A stretch of DNA of 43,604 bases, taken from NCBI GenBank assembly GCA_044869275.1, contig JBIOXB010000073.1, positions 1-43,604 of the forward strand. The letters run 5' to 3'. Below, one piece after another: positions 35,895 through 43,604 of this stretch. Below the pieces are notes generated by a model that did not search any database, had not been told where the DNA came from, and saw only the letters and a list, made by a program, of their open reading frames with translations. Every line of letters starts with the position of its first letter. The first letter of the stretch is position 1. The translations under genes were made by a program, and so were the position numbers. Origin of the DNA: a bacterium (GTDB lineage: Bacteria; Zhuqueibacterota; Zhuqueibacteria; Zhuqueibacterales; Zhuqueibacteraceae).

Positions 35895-37373
35895 TTAGCT
35901 CAGGAATCGCGGTAACAATTCCTTCCCTAAATTGACGGTCTCGTGCGCGAGAATTTCAAAATCTTCCTTGCGGCTGCGATGATTGGTGATGGCGGCGCGA
36001 ATCGCGTATTTGCCTTTGAGCATGGTGTAGGTGGGCACGGCAATGCCACGCTCGTGCAATTCCATGAGAATTTCACGATTCAAAGCGTTGCGCTTCGCCT
36101 CGTCCAGCTGTTTGGCGACGAAACGGAAGCACACCACGTTCAGCGGGACCGGCGCGACCAATTCCAGATCCGCACTGCTTTCCACGAGCTGCGCGAGGTA
36201 GCGTGCTTGCGCGACATTTTGCCGGATCAAGCGCTGGTATTTTTCAATGCCGTGTTCTTTAAATGAAAGCCAGACTTTCAGCGCGCGAAAGCCGCGGGTG
36301 AGTTGAATACCGTAATTTGCCAGCCACACCGGCCCGCCGCTCAAGCCGCGCTCGTGCTGCACCAAATATTCGGGAATCAAGGCGAATGCTTTTTGATGCG
36401 CGTCGCGATCCTTGATGAGCACACATCCGGCTTCGTAGGGAAGGTACATCCATTTGTGCAGATCGAAAGCCAGCGAATCCGCGCGCTCCATGCCGGACAA
36501 GTGGCGGCGCAGTTCCGGCGCCAGGGCGGCCAGCGCGCCAAACGCGCCATCGACGTGGAACCAGATTTTCTCGCGCGCGCACAGATCGGCAAGCTTGTCG
36601 AGCGGGTCGATAGCGCCGGTGTTGACCGTGCCGGCGTTGCCGACGATACAAATGGGAATGAATCCGGCAACGCGATCGGCCGCGAGCATTTTTTCGAGCT
36701 GCAAATAGTCGAGGCGATATTGATGGTCCACCGGAACTTTGCGCAAGGCTCTGCTCCCCAAGCCCAACAGCTCCACGGCCTTTTGCACCGAACTGTGCGT
36801 CTCGCTGGAACAATAGACCGCCAGCAATCCCGGCGCCGCGCTCACGCCCTCGTTGCGCACATCGAATCCGGCGCAGGTATTACGCGCGACGGCCAGCCCG
36901 ATCAAGTTCGCCATCGAACCGCCGCTCACCAAAATGCCGCTGGCGGCGTGCGGATAGCCTAGCATTTCTTTACACCAATCTAACACTTGCAACTCGACAT
37001 AAACCGCGCTGTGATCCGCGCCGCCGACATTCGGATTGACGGTCGCCGCCAGCATTTCGGACAGCATGCCGAAAACCGTGCCCGTGCCGTTGACAAATCC
37101 CCAGTAACGCGGATGAATGTTGCCGTGGGGATAGGGCAGAACGTTTTCGACGAAATCTTGATACGCTTTTTCCACGCCTTGCGGCTGCAACGGCAGGGGC
37201 TGTCGCAAGTGTTCTTTCACTTCCGGCGGAGTCGGCCGCCACGCGGGCCGATCACGCAGCGTCTGCAAATACGTGATCATGTCATCGACCATGCGATGGC
37301 CGAGGCGGCGCATCTCGTCCCAATTTTGTGGATCGAGCGTTTCTTCTGGCGGGAGCAAATTCTCTTGGCTCAT
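35895..37373 (-). CDS. Group II PLP-dependent decarboxylase (aromatic-L-amino-acid decarboxylase-like)
   Basis: HPRY, SGGSMAN, HSSVQKA, AGTVNTGAID, HVDGAFG, DSLAFDLHKW (PLP Lys), RALKVW. Confidence 0.92.
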   Translation of the reverse strand: MSQENLLPPEETLDPQNWDEMRRLGHRMVDDMITYLQTLRDRPAWRPTPPEVKEHLRQPLPLQPQGVEKAYQDFVENVLPYPHGNIHPRYWGFVNGTGTVFGMLSEMLAATVNPNVGGADHSAVYVELQVLDWCKEMLGYPHAASGILVSGGSMANLIGLAVARNTCAGFDVRNEGVSAAPGLLAVYCSSETHSSVQKAVELLGLGSRALRKVPVDHQYRLDYLQLEKMLAADRVAGFIPICIVGNAGTVNTGAIDPLDKLADLCAREKIWFHVDGAFGALAALAPELRRHLSGMERADSLAFDLHKWMYLPYEAGCVLIKDRDAHQKAFALIPEYLVQHERGLSGGPVWLANYGIQLTRGFRALKVWLSFKEHGIEKYQRLIRQNVAQARYLAQLVESSADLELVAPVPLNVVCFRFVAKQLDEAKRNALNREILMELHERGIAVPTYTMLKGKYAIRAAITNHRSRKEDFEILAHETVNLGKELLPRFLS

Positions 37374-37428
37374 AGGTCGTGTACGTTAAGAAATTTTTGA
37401 AATGTGGTTTTGTGCTTCGTTTCTCAAC

Positions 37429-37454
37429 TGTTATCCCGAGGCTTCGGGATGACA
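37429..37454. repeat. REP-like palindrome ATCCCGA-N4-TCGGGAT
   Basis: TGTTATCCCGA GGCT TCGGGATGACA. The same core occurs at 39732-39759 and a half copy near 38900-38909. Confidence 0.7.
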
Positions 37455-37509
37455 AAACGAAAACAAAAAAACAAATCTCTTCTTCCAACCTGGTTAATTT
37501 ATAAAACTG

Positions 37510-37648
37510 AACCGCCGAGACGCCGAGTGCGCAGAGAACATCAAGTTGTGGCATAGCTTCGGTCAAAGGCAGCCACTTCCATGCTTCTTAACGAGATCCA
37601 CGAAGTCTAAAATTCTTCAACCTCTGCGTGCTCGGCGACTCTGCGGTT
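37510..37648. repeat. 27-bp imperfect inverted repeat of 9-bp-period CGCMGAG units around an 85-bp spacer
   Basis: AACCGCCGAGACGCCGAGTGCGCAGAG versus CTCTGCGTGCTCGGCGACTCTGCGGTT (4 mismatches). Confidence 0.8.
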
Positions 37649-37901
37649 ATGAATTATTCAGGATTAATTGCTACCCCAGGTTTTCAGGCCAGCTGATCTC
37701 GAAGCTTCGGGTGGCAGCTCTGCGAGCGGCTAAGTTAAGGCGCACGGAATTGGAACAGCTCACGGAAACAAAAGAACAGGCATTTTTCCGTGGGTGTTCA
37801 TTGCCGTGAGCCAGAATTTTGCCCCAAGTTTGATGAACTCATCGGATGCTGCTATTAAGGTAATCGCCGGCGATGAGTTTCGCCACCCGTTTTTTGCGAT
37901 T

Positions 37902-38879
37902 TTACGCTTCTTCCAGACAAAGCGCTTCGACCGGAGCCGGAACTTCTTGCTCGCGGGGTGCGGCTGCTTGTTTTTGCGGCACCGGGCTGGTCACGATCAA
38001 GACCACGGCGACGACGATAATTGCTGCGGCCAGCAAAGAGGAGCCGGCCAGTTTTTCATCTGCCAATGCCCAACCCAAAAAGATGGCAATCACGGGATTC
38101 ACGTAGGCATAGGTTGAGACGCGCGCTGGTGTGGTGACGCGCAGCAACCAGACAAAGGCGGTGAAGCCAATAATGGCGCCAAACACGATGAGATAAAGCA
38201 AAGAAAAAATCGAGCGCGGAGAGACGGCGGCAAGGTGAAATTTATCCGTTTCACCGGTCAGCAACCCGGCAAGCAGCAGAAGCCCGCCACCACACAACAT
38301 TTGCATGCCGGTCGCGAGCAGCGGCGATTGCGGCAGCGGCGCGCGGCGTGAATACAACGCGCCCGCGGCCCAGGCCATGGTGGCGACGAGCAAAGCGCCG
38401 AGGCCTATGGGATTGAGTCCATGGCCATGCAGCAGATTTTGCGGGCCGATCAAAACCAGGATGCCTATGAACCCGACCAGCAAACCGATCATGGTGCGCA
38501 GGCTCGGGCGCGCGCCGCCTTGCCAAATCCAACCCAACAATACAATCCACAGCGGTGTCGTGGCCACCACCAAGGCTGCGATACCCGAAGGCACAAACAG
38601 CTCGGCCCAGGTGACGAAGCCGTTGCCCACGAGCAGTAGTAGAACGCCGATGACGAGTGCCGAGCGCCAGTGCTCCCTCCCGGGTTTTTCAGCGCCCTGC
38701 CGGCTCGCCCAGGCATATAGAATGGCACCGGCCGCCAAGAAGCGGAAGCCGGCCATCAAGAAGGGCGGAATGGTCTCGATGGCAAAGCGAATGGCCAGGT
38801 ACGTCGAGCCCCAAATCAGATAGATTGCAGCGAATGCGATAATGATCTGCGCTGACAAGTTTTTAGATGAGTCCTTCAA
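37902..38879 (-). CDS. EamA/DMT-family exporter (YedA-like)
   Basis: IWGSTYLAIR, PPFLMAGFRF, VPSGIAAL, STYAYVNPVIAIFLG. About 10 TM segments. TTG start with GAGG RBS. Confidence 0.92.
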   Translation of the reverse strand: MKDSSKNLSAQIIIAFAAIYLIWGSTYLAIRFAIETIPPFLMAGFRFLAAGAILYAWASRQGAEKPGREHWRSALVIGVLLLLVGNGFVTWAELFVPSGIAALVVATTPLWIVLLGWIWQGGARPSLRTMIGLLVGFIGILVLIGPQNLLHGHGLNPIGLGALLVATMAWAAGALYSRRAPLPQSPLLATGMQMLCGGGLLLLAGLLTGETDKFHLAAVSPRSIFSLLYLIVFGAIIGFTAFVWLLRVTTPARVSTYAYVNPVIAIFLGWALADEKLAGSSLLAAAIIVVAVVLIVTSPVPQKQAAAPREQEVPAPVEALCLEEA

Positions 38880-38958
38880 GATTCACCTCACTCTTCGTTT
38901 GTCATCCCGAACGATCCGTTGAGATGGGCGGTGTGAAAATCATACCAGGTTTCCAATT

Positions 38959-39552
38959 TTATATTCGAGAGAACTCTTGCGATGGTTGCATCTGAAATAA
39001 AATTGATTGCGTATCGATGATGGCGGCGAATTCGTTTTGTAGGCTGACGAGCGCGAGCGTATGAATCAAATCGGAAGTATAGTGTTTTCCGTCATAGCCG
39101 GCGCGATCGAAAGTTGCCGTGCCGTCTGAAACGACATAAGTGTTGAAGCCGAGATTCCCCGCCATTCTTGCCGTCGTCGAAACGCAGTGGTCGGTTTGAA
39201 TGCCGGTCAGAATCACGCTCTCAATCTTATGCTGGCGCAGTCTTTTCTCCAAATCCGTCCCGATGAATGCGCTATTGACCTGCTTTTGAATTACAGGCTC
39301 GCCGGGCAGCGGCCTCACTTGCTCTTTGATTTCATTCCCGGGATGGTCAGGGCGCAGCGGCGAACGCGGCTCGGTGGAACAATGTTGGATGTGAAAGATG
39401 GGCAGCCTGAGTTCGCGCCAGCGCTCCAGCAAGCGGCGCACATTCGTTTCTGCTTGCGGATTGTTGCGGTTGCCACCCCAATGGTCTTGATCGTCAAAGC
39501 CCTTCTGCATGTCGATGATGAGCAAAGCTGGATTTTTTTCGAACAGACGCAT
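38959..39552 (-). CDS. Isochorismatase-family cysteine hydrolase
   Basis: ALLIIDMQKGF, KQVNSAFIGT, TDHCVSTTAR (D-K-C triad). Confidence 0.92.
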   Translation of the reverse strand: MRLFEKNPALLIIDMQKGFDDQDHWGGNRNNPQAETNVRRLLERWRELRLPIFHIQHCSTEPRSPLRPDHPGNEIKEQVRPLPGEPVIQKQVNSAFIGTDLEKRLRQHKIESVILTGIQTDHCVSTTARMAGNLGFNTYVVSDGTATFDRAGYDGKHYTSDLIHTLALVSLQNEFAAIIDTQSILFQMQPSQEFSRI

Positions 39553-39638
39553 GATTTGTTCTCCGGGGATGGCCTCACGCCATACGCGTTTAAGCGCCTC
39601 GCTTTTCAGACTGAGAATGAGATCCTAACTTTTTATCG

Positions 39639-39711
39639 CCAACGGATAGATTAAGACCAACTGATGAAAAGACAAAGGGTTTTATCCGTTGGACTTAATC
39701 TATCCGTTTGG
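39639..39711. repeat. About 27-bp inverted repeat of CCAACGGAT units
   Basis: CCAACGGATAGATTAAGACCAACTGAT versus ATCCGTTGGACTTAATCTATCCGTTTGG. Confidence 0.8.
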
Positions 39712-39731
39712 AGCCGTTCGCAGGGCTTCGG

Positions 39732-39759
39732 TTTTCATCCCGACCGTTCGGGATGAAAA
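39732..39759. repeat. Perfect 12-bp palindrome, ATCCCGA family
   Basis: TTTTCATCCCGA CCGT TCGGGATGAAAA. Confidence 0.85.
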
Positions 39760-39869
39760 TTCGTTGTAGGGCTTTAAATGCAAAATAAAAATTTCAAAGG
39801 CTTTGTGATCAACCAAGTGATTGAGGCAACAGATTATTTGCTTTATTGCGTCGAATTGAACAAGAGCCG

Positions 39870-39979
39870 GGACAGAAAAATGAAGGACAGAAAGATGGCA
39901 ATGGATCTCGTGCCGAGAGGCTGGTTTTTGACGAGAGATGACAAACGACTAACATTTTTCTGTCCTACATCTTTCTGCC
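39870..39979. repeat. Inverted pair of 15-bp-period GGACAGAAARATG repeats
   Basis: GGACAGAAAAATG AA GGACAGAAAGATG versus CATTTTTCTGTCC TA CATCTTTCTGCC. Confidence 0.8.
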
Positions 39980-40100
39980 TTCTACTTTTTTGCAGGATAA
40001 TTGTGCTATTGCTGCTCTCCTCTGGCTTCGGTTTTCAGCTCGGCTGAAAACACGAGGTAGCATATGATAGGCATGAAACTAAATCAAAATTCCAAAACAA

Positions 40101-40140
40101 AACAGATGCAGTTACTTGCAATTGTGACCATAACAGTTTT
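40101..40140. promoter_or_regulatory. Candidate MocR operator
   Basis: Minus strand reads AAAACTGTTATGGTCACAATTGCAAGTAACTGCATCTGTT: repeated AACTG/CTGTT boxes in the divergent region upstream of the MocR gene. Confidence 0.5.
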
Positions 40141-40278
40141 ATATTCAGAAAAATTGTTCTGGCAGTCTTTTTGCACCGGGCACGGCCGCAGCCAATCAAG
40201 AAATATTTGGACGGGACAAACAGGATTAATGAGGTGCAAATTTAATCCTGTAAGCCCTGCCAAAGAGGAGATGATCGA

Positions 40279-41718
40279 ATGAGAGAAATGATGGCGCCCA
40301 TGAAACTGCATTTATACGAGCAAGTGGCTGACGACATTGCCCGGCTCATTGAGAAAGGCACGTTTCGCCCGGGCGAACGCGTACCGTCGGTACGCAAGCT
40401 AAACGTGAAAATGGGCGTGAGCATGTCCACGGTCTTACAGGCGTACGTCTTGCTGGAAGACCGCGGCCTGATTGAAGCGCGGCCGCAGTCCGGCTACTAT
40501 GTGCGCTTGCATCCGCGCGAACTGCCGCCGGAACCGCGCACTTCGAAACCGCCGCTTGCTGCGTGCAACGTGGACGTCAGCATGCTGGCCGCGGAGGTGC
40601 ACGAGGCCGCGATGAATCCCGACAATGTGCCGTTGGGCGCGGCCACCGGCAGCCCGGAATTATTGCCGAGCCACAAGCTGAACCGGCTGCTGGCCCTCAT
40701 CGCGCGACGCTCGGTCCTGACGACGAATCTTTATGATTCGCCGCAAGGCAATCGGGAATTGCGGCATCAAATTGCACGGCGCTCGCTGGATTGGGGCTGC
40801 CATCTCACCAGCGAAGAGATCGTCACAACTTTTGGCTGCACGGAAGCGCTCAATCTTTGTTTGCGCGCCGTGACCAAACCCGGCGACACAGTCGCGGTCG
40901 AATCTCCGATTTACTTCGGCTTCCTGCAAATGTTGGAAAGCTTGCAACTGAAAGCGCTGGAAATTCCGACGCACCCGCGTGATGGCATGAGCCTGGAAGC
41001 GCTGGAGCGCATGTTGCGTCGCAAAAAGATCGCGGCCTGTTTTGTTTCGGCGAATTTTCAAAATCCACTGGGCGGCTGCATGCCGGACAAGAATAAAAAG
41101 GCTTTGGTGGAAATGCTGTCGCGGCGCAGCATCCCCTTGCTCGAAGACGACGTGTTCGGCGATCTCTACTTCGGCGCGGATCGCCCCAAAGCGGTGAAAG
41201 CATTCGACCGGAACGGCTGGGTGTTGCTATGCTCCTCTTTTTCCAAAACTATTTCCCCCGGGTTTCGCGTGGGCTGGACTGCACCCGGACGGTTTCTCGA
41301 TCAAGTGCGGCGCTTGAAGCTGACCAACTCCATCTCCACGGCCACGCTGCCGCAAATGGCCATTGCGGAAATGATGCTCAATGGCGGCTACGAGCGGCAT
41401 CTGCGCCATTTGCGCAAGATCTACGCCGGTCAGGTGCAGTTCATGTCGCAGGCGCTCTGCAAGTATTTTCCCGAGGGCACAAAGATCACGCGGCCGATGG
41501 GCGGGCACGTGTTGTGGGTGGAGATGCCGAAAAGCGTGGATTCACTCGAGCTTTATCGCAGGGCGTTGGAAAAAAATATCAGCGTCGTGCCCGGTCCGCT
41601 GTTTTCACCCAAGCGGCATTTCCGCAATTTCATTCGTTTGAATTGCGGCTATCCCTGGTCGGAGCGCATCGAGCGCGCCCTGATCACGCTCGGGCAGATT
41701 GCCGCGAAGATGGCGTAA
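40279..41718 (+). CDS. MocR/GabR-family regulator (GntR HTH + PLP aminotransferase-like domain)
   Basis: LYEQVA..GERVPSVR..VSMSTVLQAY..LE..G..EARPQSGYYV, FQNPLG, EDDVFGDL, SFSKT..PGFRVGW. The start may be 40288 or 40300. Confidence 0.95.
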   Translation: MREMMAPMKLHLYEQVADDIARLIEKGTFRPGERVPSVRKLNVKMGVSMSTVLQAYVLLEDRGLIEARPQSGYYVRLHPRELPPEPRTSKPPLAACNVDVSMLAAEVHEAAMNPDNVPLGAATGSPELLPSHKLNRLLALIARRSVLTTNLYDSPQGNRELRHQIARRSLDWGCHLTSEEIVTTFGCTEALNLCLRAVTKPGDTVAVESPIYFGFLQMLESLQLKALEIPTHPRDGMSLEALERMLRRKKIAACFVSANFQNPLGGCMPDKNKKALVEMLSRRSIPLLEDDVFGDLYFGADRPKAVKAFDRNGWVLLCSSFSKTISPGFRVGWTAPGRFLDQVRRLKLTNSISTATLPQMAIAEMMLNGGYERHLRHLRKIYAGQVQFMSQALCKYFPEGTKITRPMGGHVLWVEMPKSVDSLELYRRALEKNISVVPGPLFSPKRHFRNFIRLNCGYPWSERIERALITLGQIAAKMA

Positions 41719-41769
41719 GCCGGATATGCCAGGCTCCGAGCGTTTCCATCGGAGCAGTGGAGCGACAGG

Positions 41770-41857
41770 TGGATTGTTGTATAGATGGATTGTTGGATGA
41801 ATGGATTGTTGCAAACTCCATCCATCCAACAATCCATTAATCCACCACTCCATTGAT
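41770..41857. repeat. GGATTGTT/GGATGAAT octamer repeats forming a 21-bp hairpin between convergent genes, likely a bidirectional terminator
   Basis: ATGGATTGTTGGATGAATGGA (41785-41805) versus TCCATCCATCCAACAATCCAT (41817-41837), one mismatch. Confidence 0.8.
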
Positions 41858-43015
41858 CCCTCTACCCGTCAATCTACCCCCGCAGTATATGCGTGCCAGT
41901 TCAGCCAGCGCGTCGCGGCAAACCAGCACTTCATCGAGCTTCACGTATTCTTCCACGCTATGTAAGCCCGCGCCACCTGGGCCGAAAATAACCGTGGGAA
42001 TACCGGCCTCACCGAGAATCGCTGCGTCCGTCCAAAAGGTCATCCCGCCGCGCGGCGCAGGTCTGCCCCGTTGCTGCAGCGCCTGGCCCAGCAAGTTCGG
42101 CAGCTCATGATCGGCTGAAATTTGATACGGGAAGCGCTCGAACATGAATTTGGCGCTGGCATCGAATTCATGGTCTTCGGCACGCAACGAGGCCAGGATT
42201 TTTTCGACTTCCTGCAAAACGGTCTTGCCCGTCTCTCCGCTGATCGTGCGCCGCTCAATTTGCACAGTGCACGAATCGGGATGAACACTCAACTCGCGCC
42301 CTCCATTAATAATGGAAGCATGCAACGATCCCGTTCCCAGGATGGCATGTTTTGGCTTAGCCTGCAATTCGCGATCGAGTTTTTCCAGACGCGAGAGCAC
42401 GCGACCCATTCTGAAAATCGCATCACGCCCTTCCGTTGGCCGGCTGCCGTGCGCGGCGAGGCCTTTGGCTTCGATTTCAATCCACACAAAGCCCTTGTGG
42501 CCGATGCCAATGAGCAAATCCGTGGGCTCGGTCACCACCGCGGCGCCGGCCTGCCATTTTTTGACTAATACTTGTGCGCCGAGGCTGGCGTATTCTTCGT
42601 CTGCTACGGCGGCGATAATCAATCGCCCCGCCGGCAAGCCGCCGGTTTCGGCGAGCTGGCGTGCGGCACCGATCATGGCTGCGACGCCGCCTTTCATATC
42701 CTGCGCGCCGCGACCGTAAAGCTTGCCGTTTTTCTCCACCGGATCGAAAGGCGCGTTCATGCCCGCCACGCCGACGGTATCGATATGGCCGCAAAACATC
42801 AAGGTTCGTCCTGAAGTTTTTCCTTCTAAAATGCCAATGGCATTTGGCCGGTTCGGGGCAGCCTCTTCAATTTCGACTTTCATTCCTATCGCGCGCATTT
42901 CTTCCGCAATGACTTGCGCGATTGCCGCTTCGCCCGGCGCACCGGGAACGAGCGTGGGGTTGATGGAGTTGGTGGCGACCAGTTTATGTAAGAAATGAAG
43001 GGTAGGGTCCGGCAT
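41837..43015 (-). CDS. ArgE/DapE-family M20 metallo-deacylase
   Basis: GHIDTV, LYGRGAQDMKGG, ADEE, TEPT, AAHGS, WTDA, FGPG..LHSVEE. Confidence 0.92.
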   Translation of the reverse strand: MPDPTLHFLHKLVATNSINPTLVPGAPGEAAIAQVIAEEMRAIGMKVEIEEAAPNRPNAIGILEGKTSGRTLMFCGHIDTVGVAGMNAPFDPVEKNGKLYGRGAQDMKGGVAAMIGAARQLAETGGLPAGRLIIAAVADEEYASLGAQVLVKKWQAGAAVVTEPTDLLIGIGHKGFVWIEIEAKGLAAHGSRPTEGRDAIFRMGRVLSRLEKLDRELQAKPKHAILGTGSLHASIINGGRELSVHPDSCTVQIERRTISGETGKTVLQEVEKILASLRAEDHEFDASAKFMFERFPYQISADHELPNLLGQALQQRGRPAPRGGMTFWTDAAILGEAGIPTVIFGPGGAGLHSVEEYVKLDEVLVCRDALAELARIYCGGRLTGRGINGVVD

Positions 43016-43060
43016 GATTTATTTTCCAAATGTTGAGCAGGATTTTGATTGCTGGAGTTG

Positions 43061-43089
43061 AGAATAACGATTTGTGGCGAGGTTGTCAA
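43061..43089 (-). promoter_or_regulatory. Sigma70-type promoter for the M20 gene
   Basis: Minus strand TTGACA-17 bp-TATTCT, about 45 bp upstream of the ATG at 43015. Confidence 0.65.
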
Positions 43090-43161
43090 TGCAGGTTTGC
43101 CGAGTGGCTGAAAAAGGCTAAATCGAGTAAAGTGCAATTTAGCTACGATGGCAAATCATAG

Positions 43162-43196
43162 AGGCCATCGATTGAAAAACTTCGATGGCCTTTTTT
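43162..43196 (+). terminator. Intrinsic terminator-like hairpin
   Basis: AGGCCATCGA-10 nt-TCGATGGCCT followed by a T tract. Confidence 0.6.
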
Positions 43197-43604
43197 AATT
43201 CAGATTTTGTGTTTGACTTCACGCCAGCTTTGCAACTTCAAAACTCTTCGCCGCAAGCTCAGCTTCATCCGCATAAACCACGACAGGCAAGCGCGTTTCA
43301 ATTGTTCTTCGACCACTCGTGTAAACTCACCCTTCGATGCTGCATAGACAATTTCGCAGCGTTCGTCCAACTCGATTTTTCCGCCTAGAAAAACTCCCCT
43401 TGCAGTATAGCAGATCACGGGGATCGACCAAATTTTTCTTTTCTCATCGAAAGCGGCATGCCAGTCGCTGCCTTCTCACCGATATAAGCCGCTAAATAAT
43501 CTGCTGCTACGGCTGCGCTTTTTTGACAGATGTTTGCATTTATAGTGATTTTTGAAAGGTAGTGCCTTCAAACGCAGTTTCTTTCATTGTTGCAAACTAT
43601 GATA

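Noticed and set aside
26285..39552. Integron cassette array (small co-oriented genes with palindromic spacers)
   Set aside because: Spacers lack paired RYYYAAC/GTTRRRY attC ends (GCCTAAC near 26300 has no partner), several genes nearly abut, and no integrase is present.
43091..43165. tRNA-like start GCAGGTTTGCCGAGTGGCTGAA
   Set aside because: No T-loop GTTCRA, acceptor stem or cloverleaf.
43200..43418. 72-aa ORF ending SWREVKHKI, faintly like an addiction-module antitoxin
   Set aside because: Resemblance limited to a few residues, no clear RBS and no adjacent toxin.

Overview
Bacterial DNA, almost all genes on the minus strand. T9SS-type C-terminal domains (YPNPFNP and FTPNxDG types) together with clear AGGAG ribosome-binding sites suggest a non-Bacteroidota FCB-group organism such as KSB1 (inference). 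There are four blocks. (1) 1-1700 is an AT-richer edge holding a truncated Nal1/trypsin-like protease, probably cut by an insertion. (2) 1854-17260 is a tightly linked nine-gene envelope operon: a 1810-aa beta-propeller + 12 ASH/Ig-repeat adhesin with a type B T9SS CTD, an extended PorP/SprF barrel, a protein with an HTH, a TonB-type anchor, a Pro/Gly linker and an unrecognised C-domain, two paralogous TPR lipoproteins, a secreted hypothetical protein, a CsgG-family protein, an Omp28-like lipoprotein and an Ig-domain lipoprotein. This is the best candidate for an undescribed trans-envelope adhesion/secretion system. (3) 17863-26284 encodes a type A T9SS cargo protein, a hypothetical protein and an HhH/DUF4332-metallophosphoesterase fusion. 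(4) 26367-43015 is a 14-gene detox/amino-acid cluster divergent from a MocR regulator, plus an ArgE/DapE-family gene. Many spacers in the right half carry different short-period repeats arranged as hairpins. No rRNA, tRNA, CRISPR array or complete transposase was seen. All family calls come from motif recognition by eye, not database searches.
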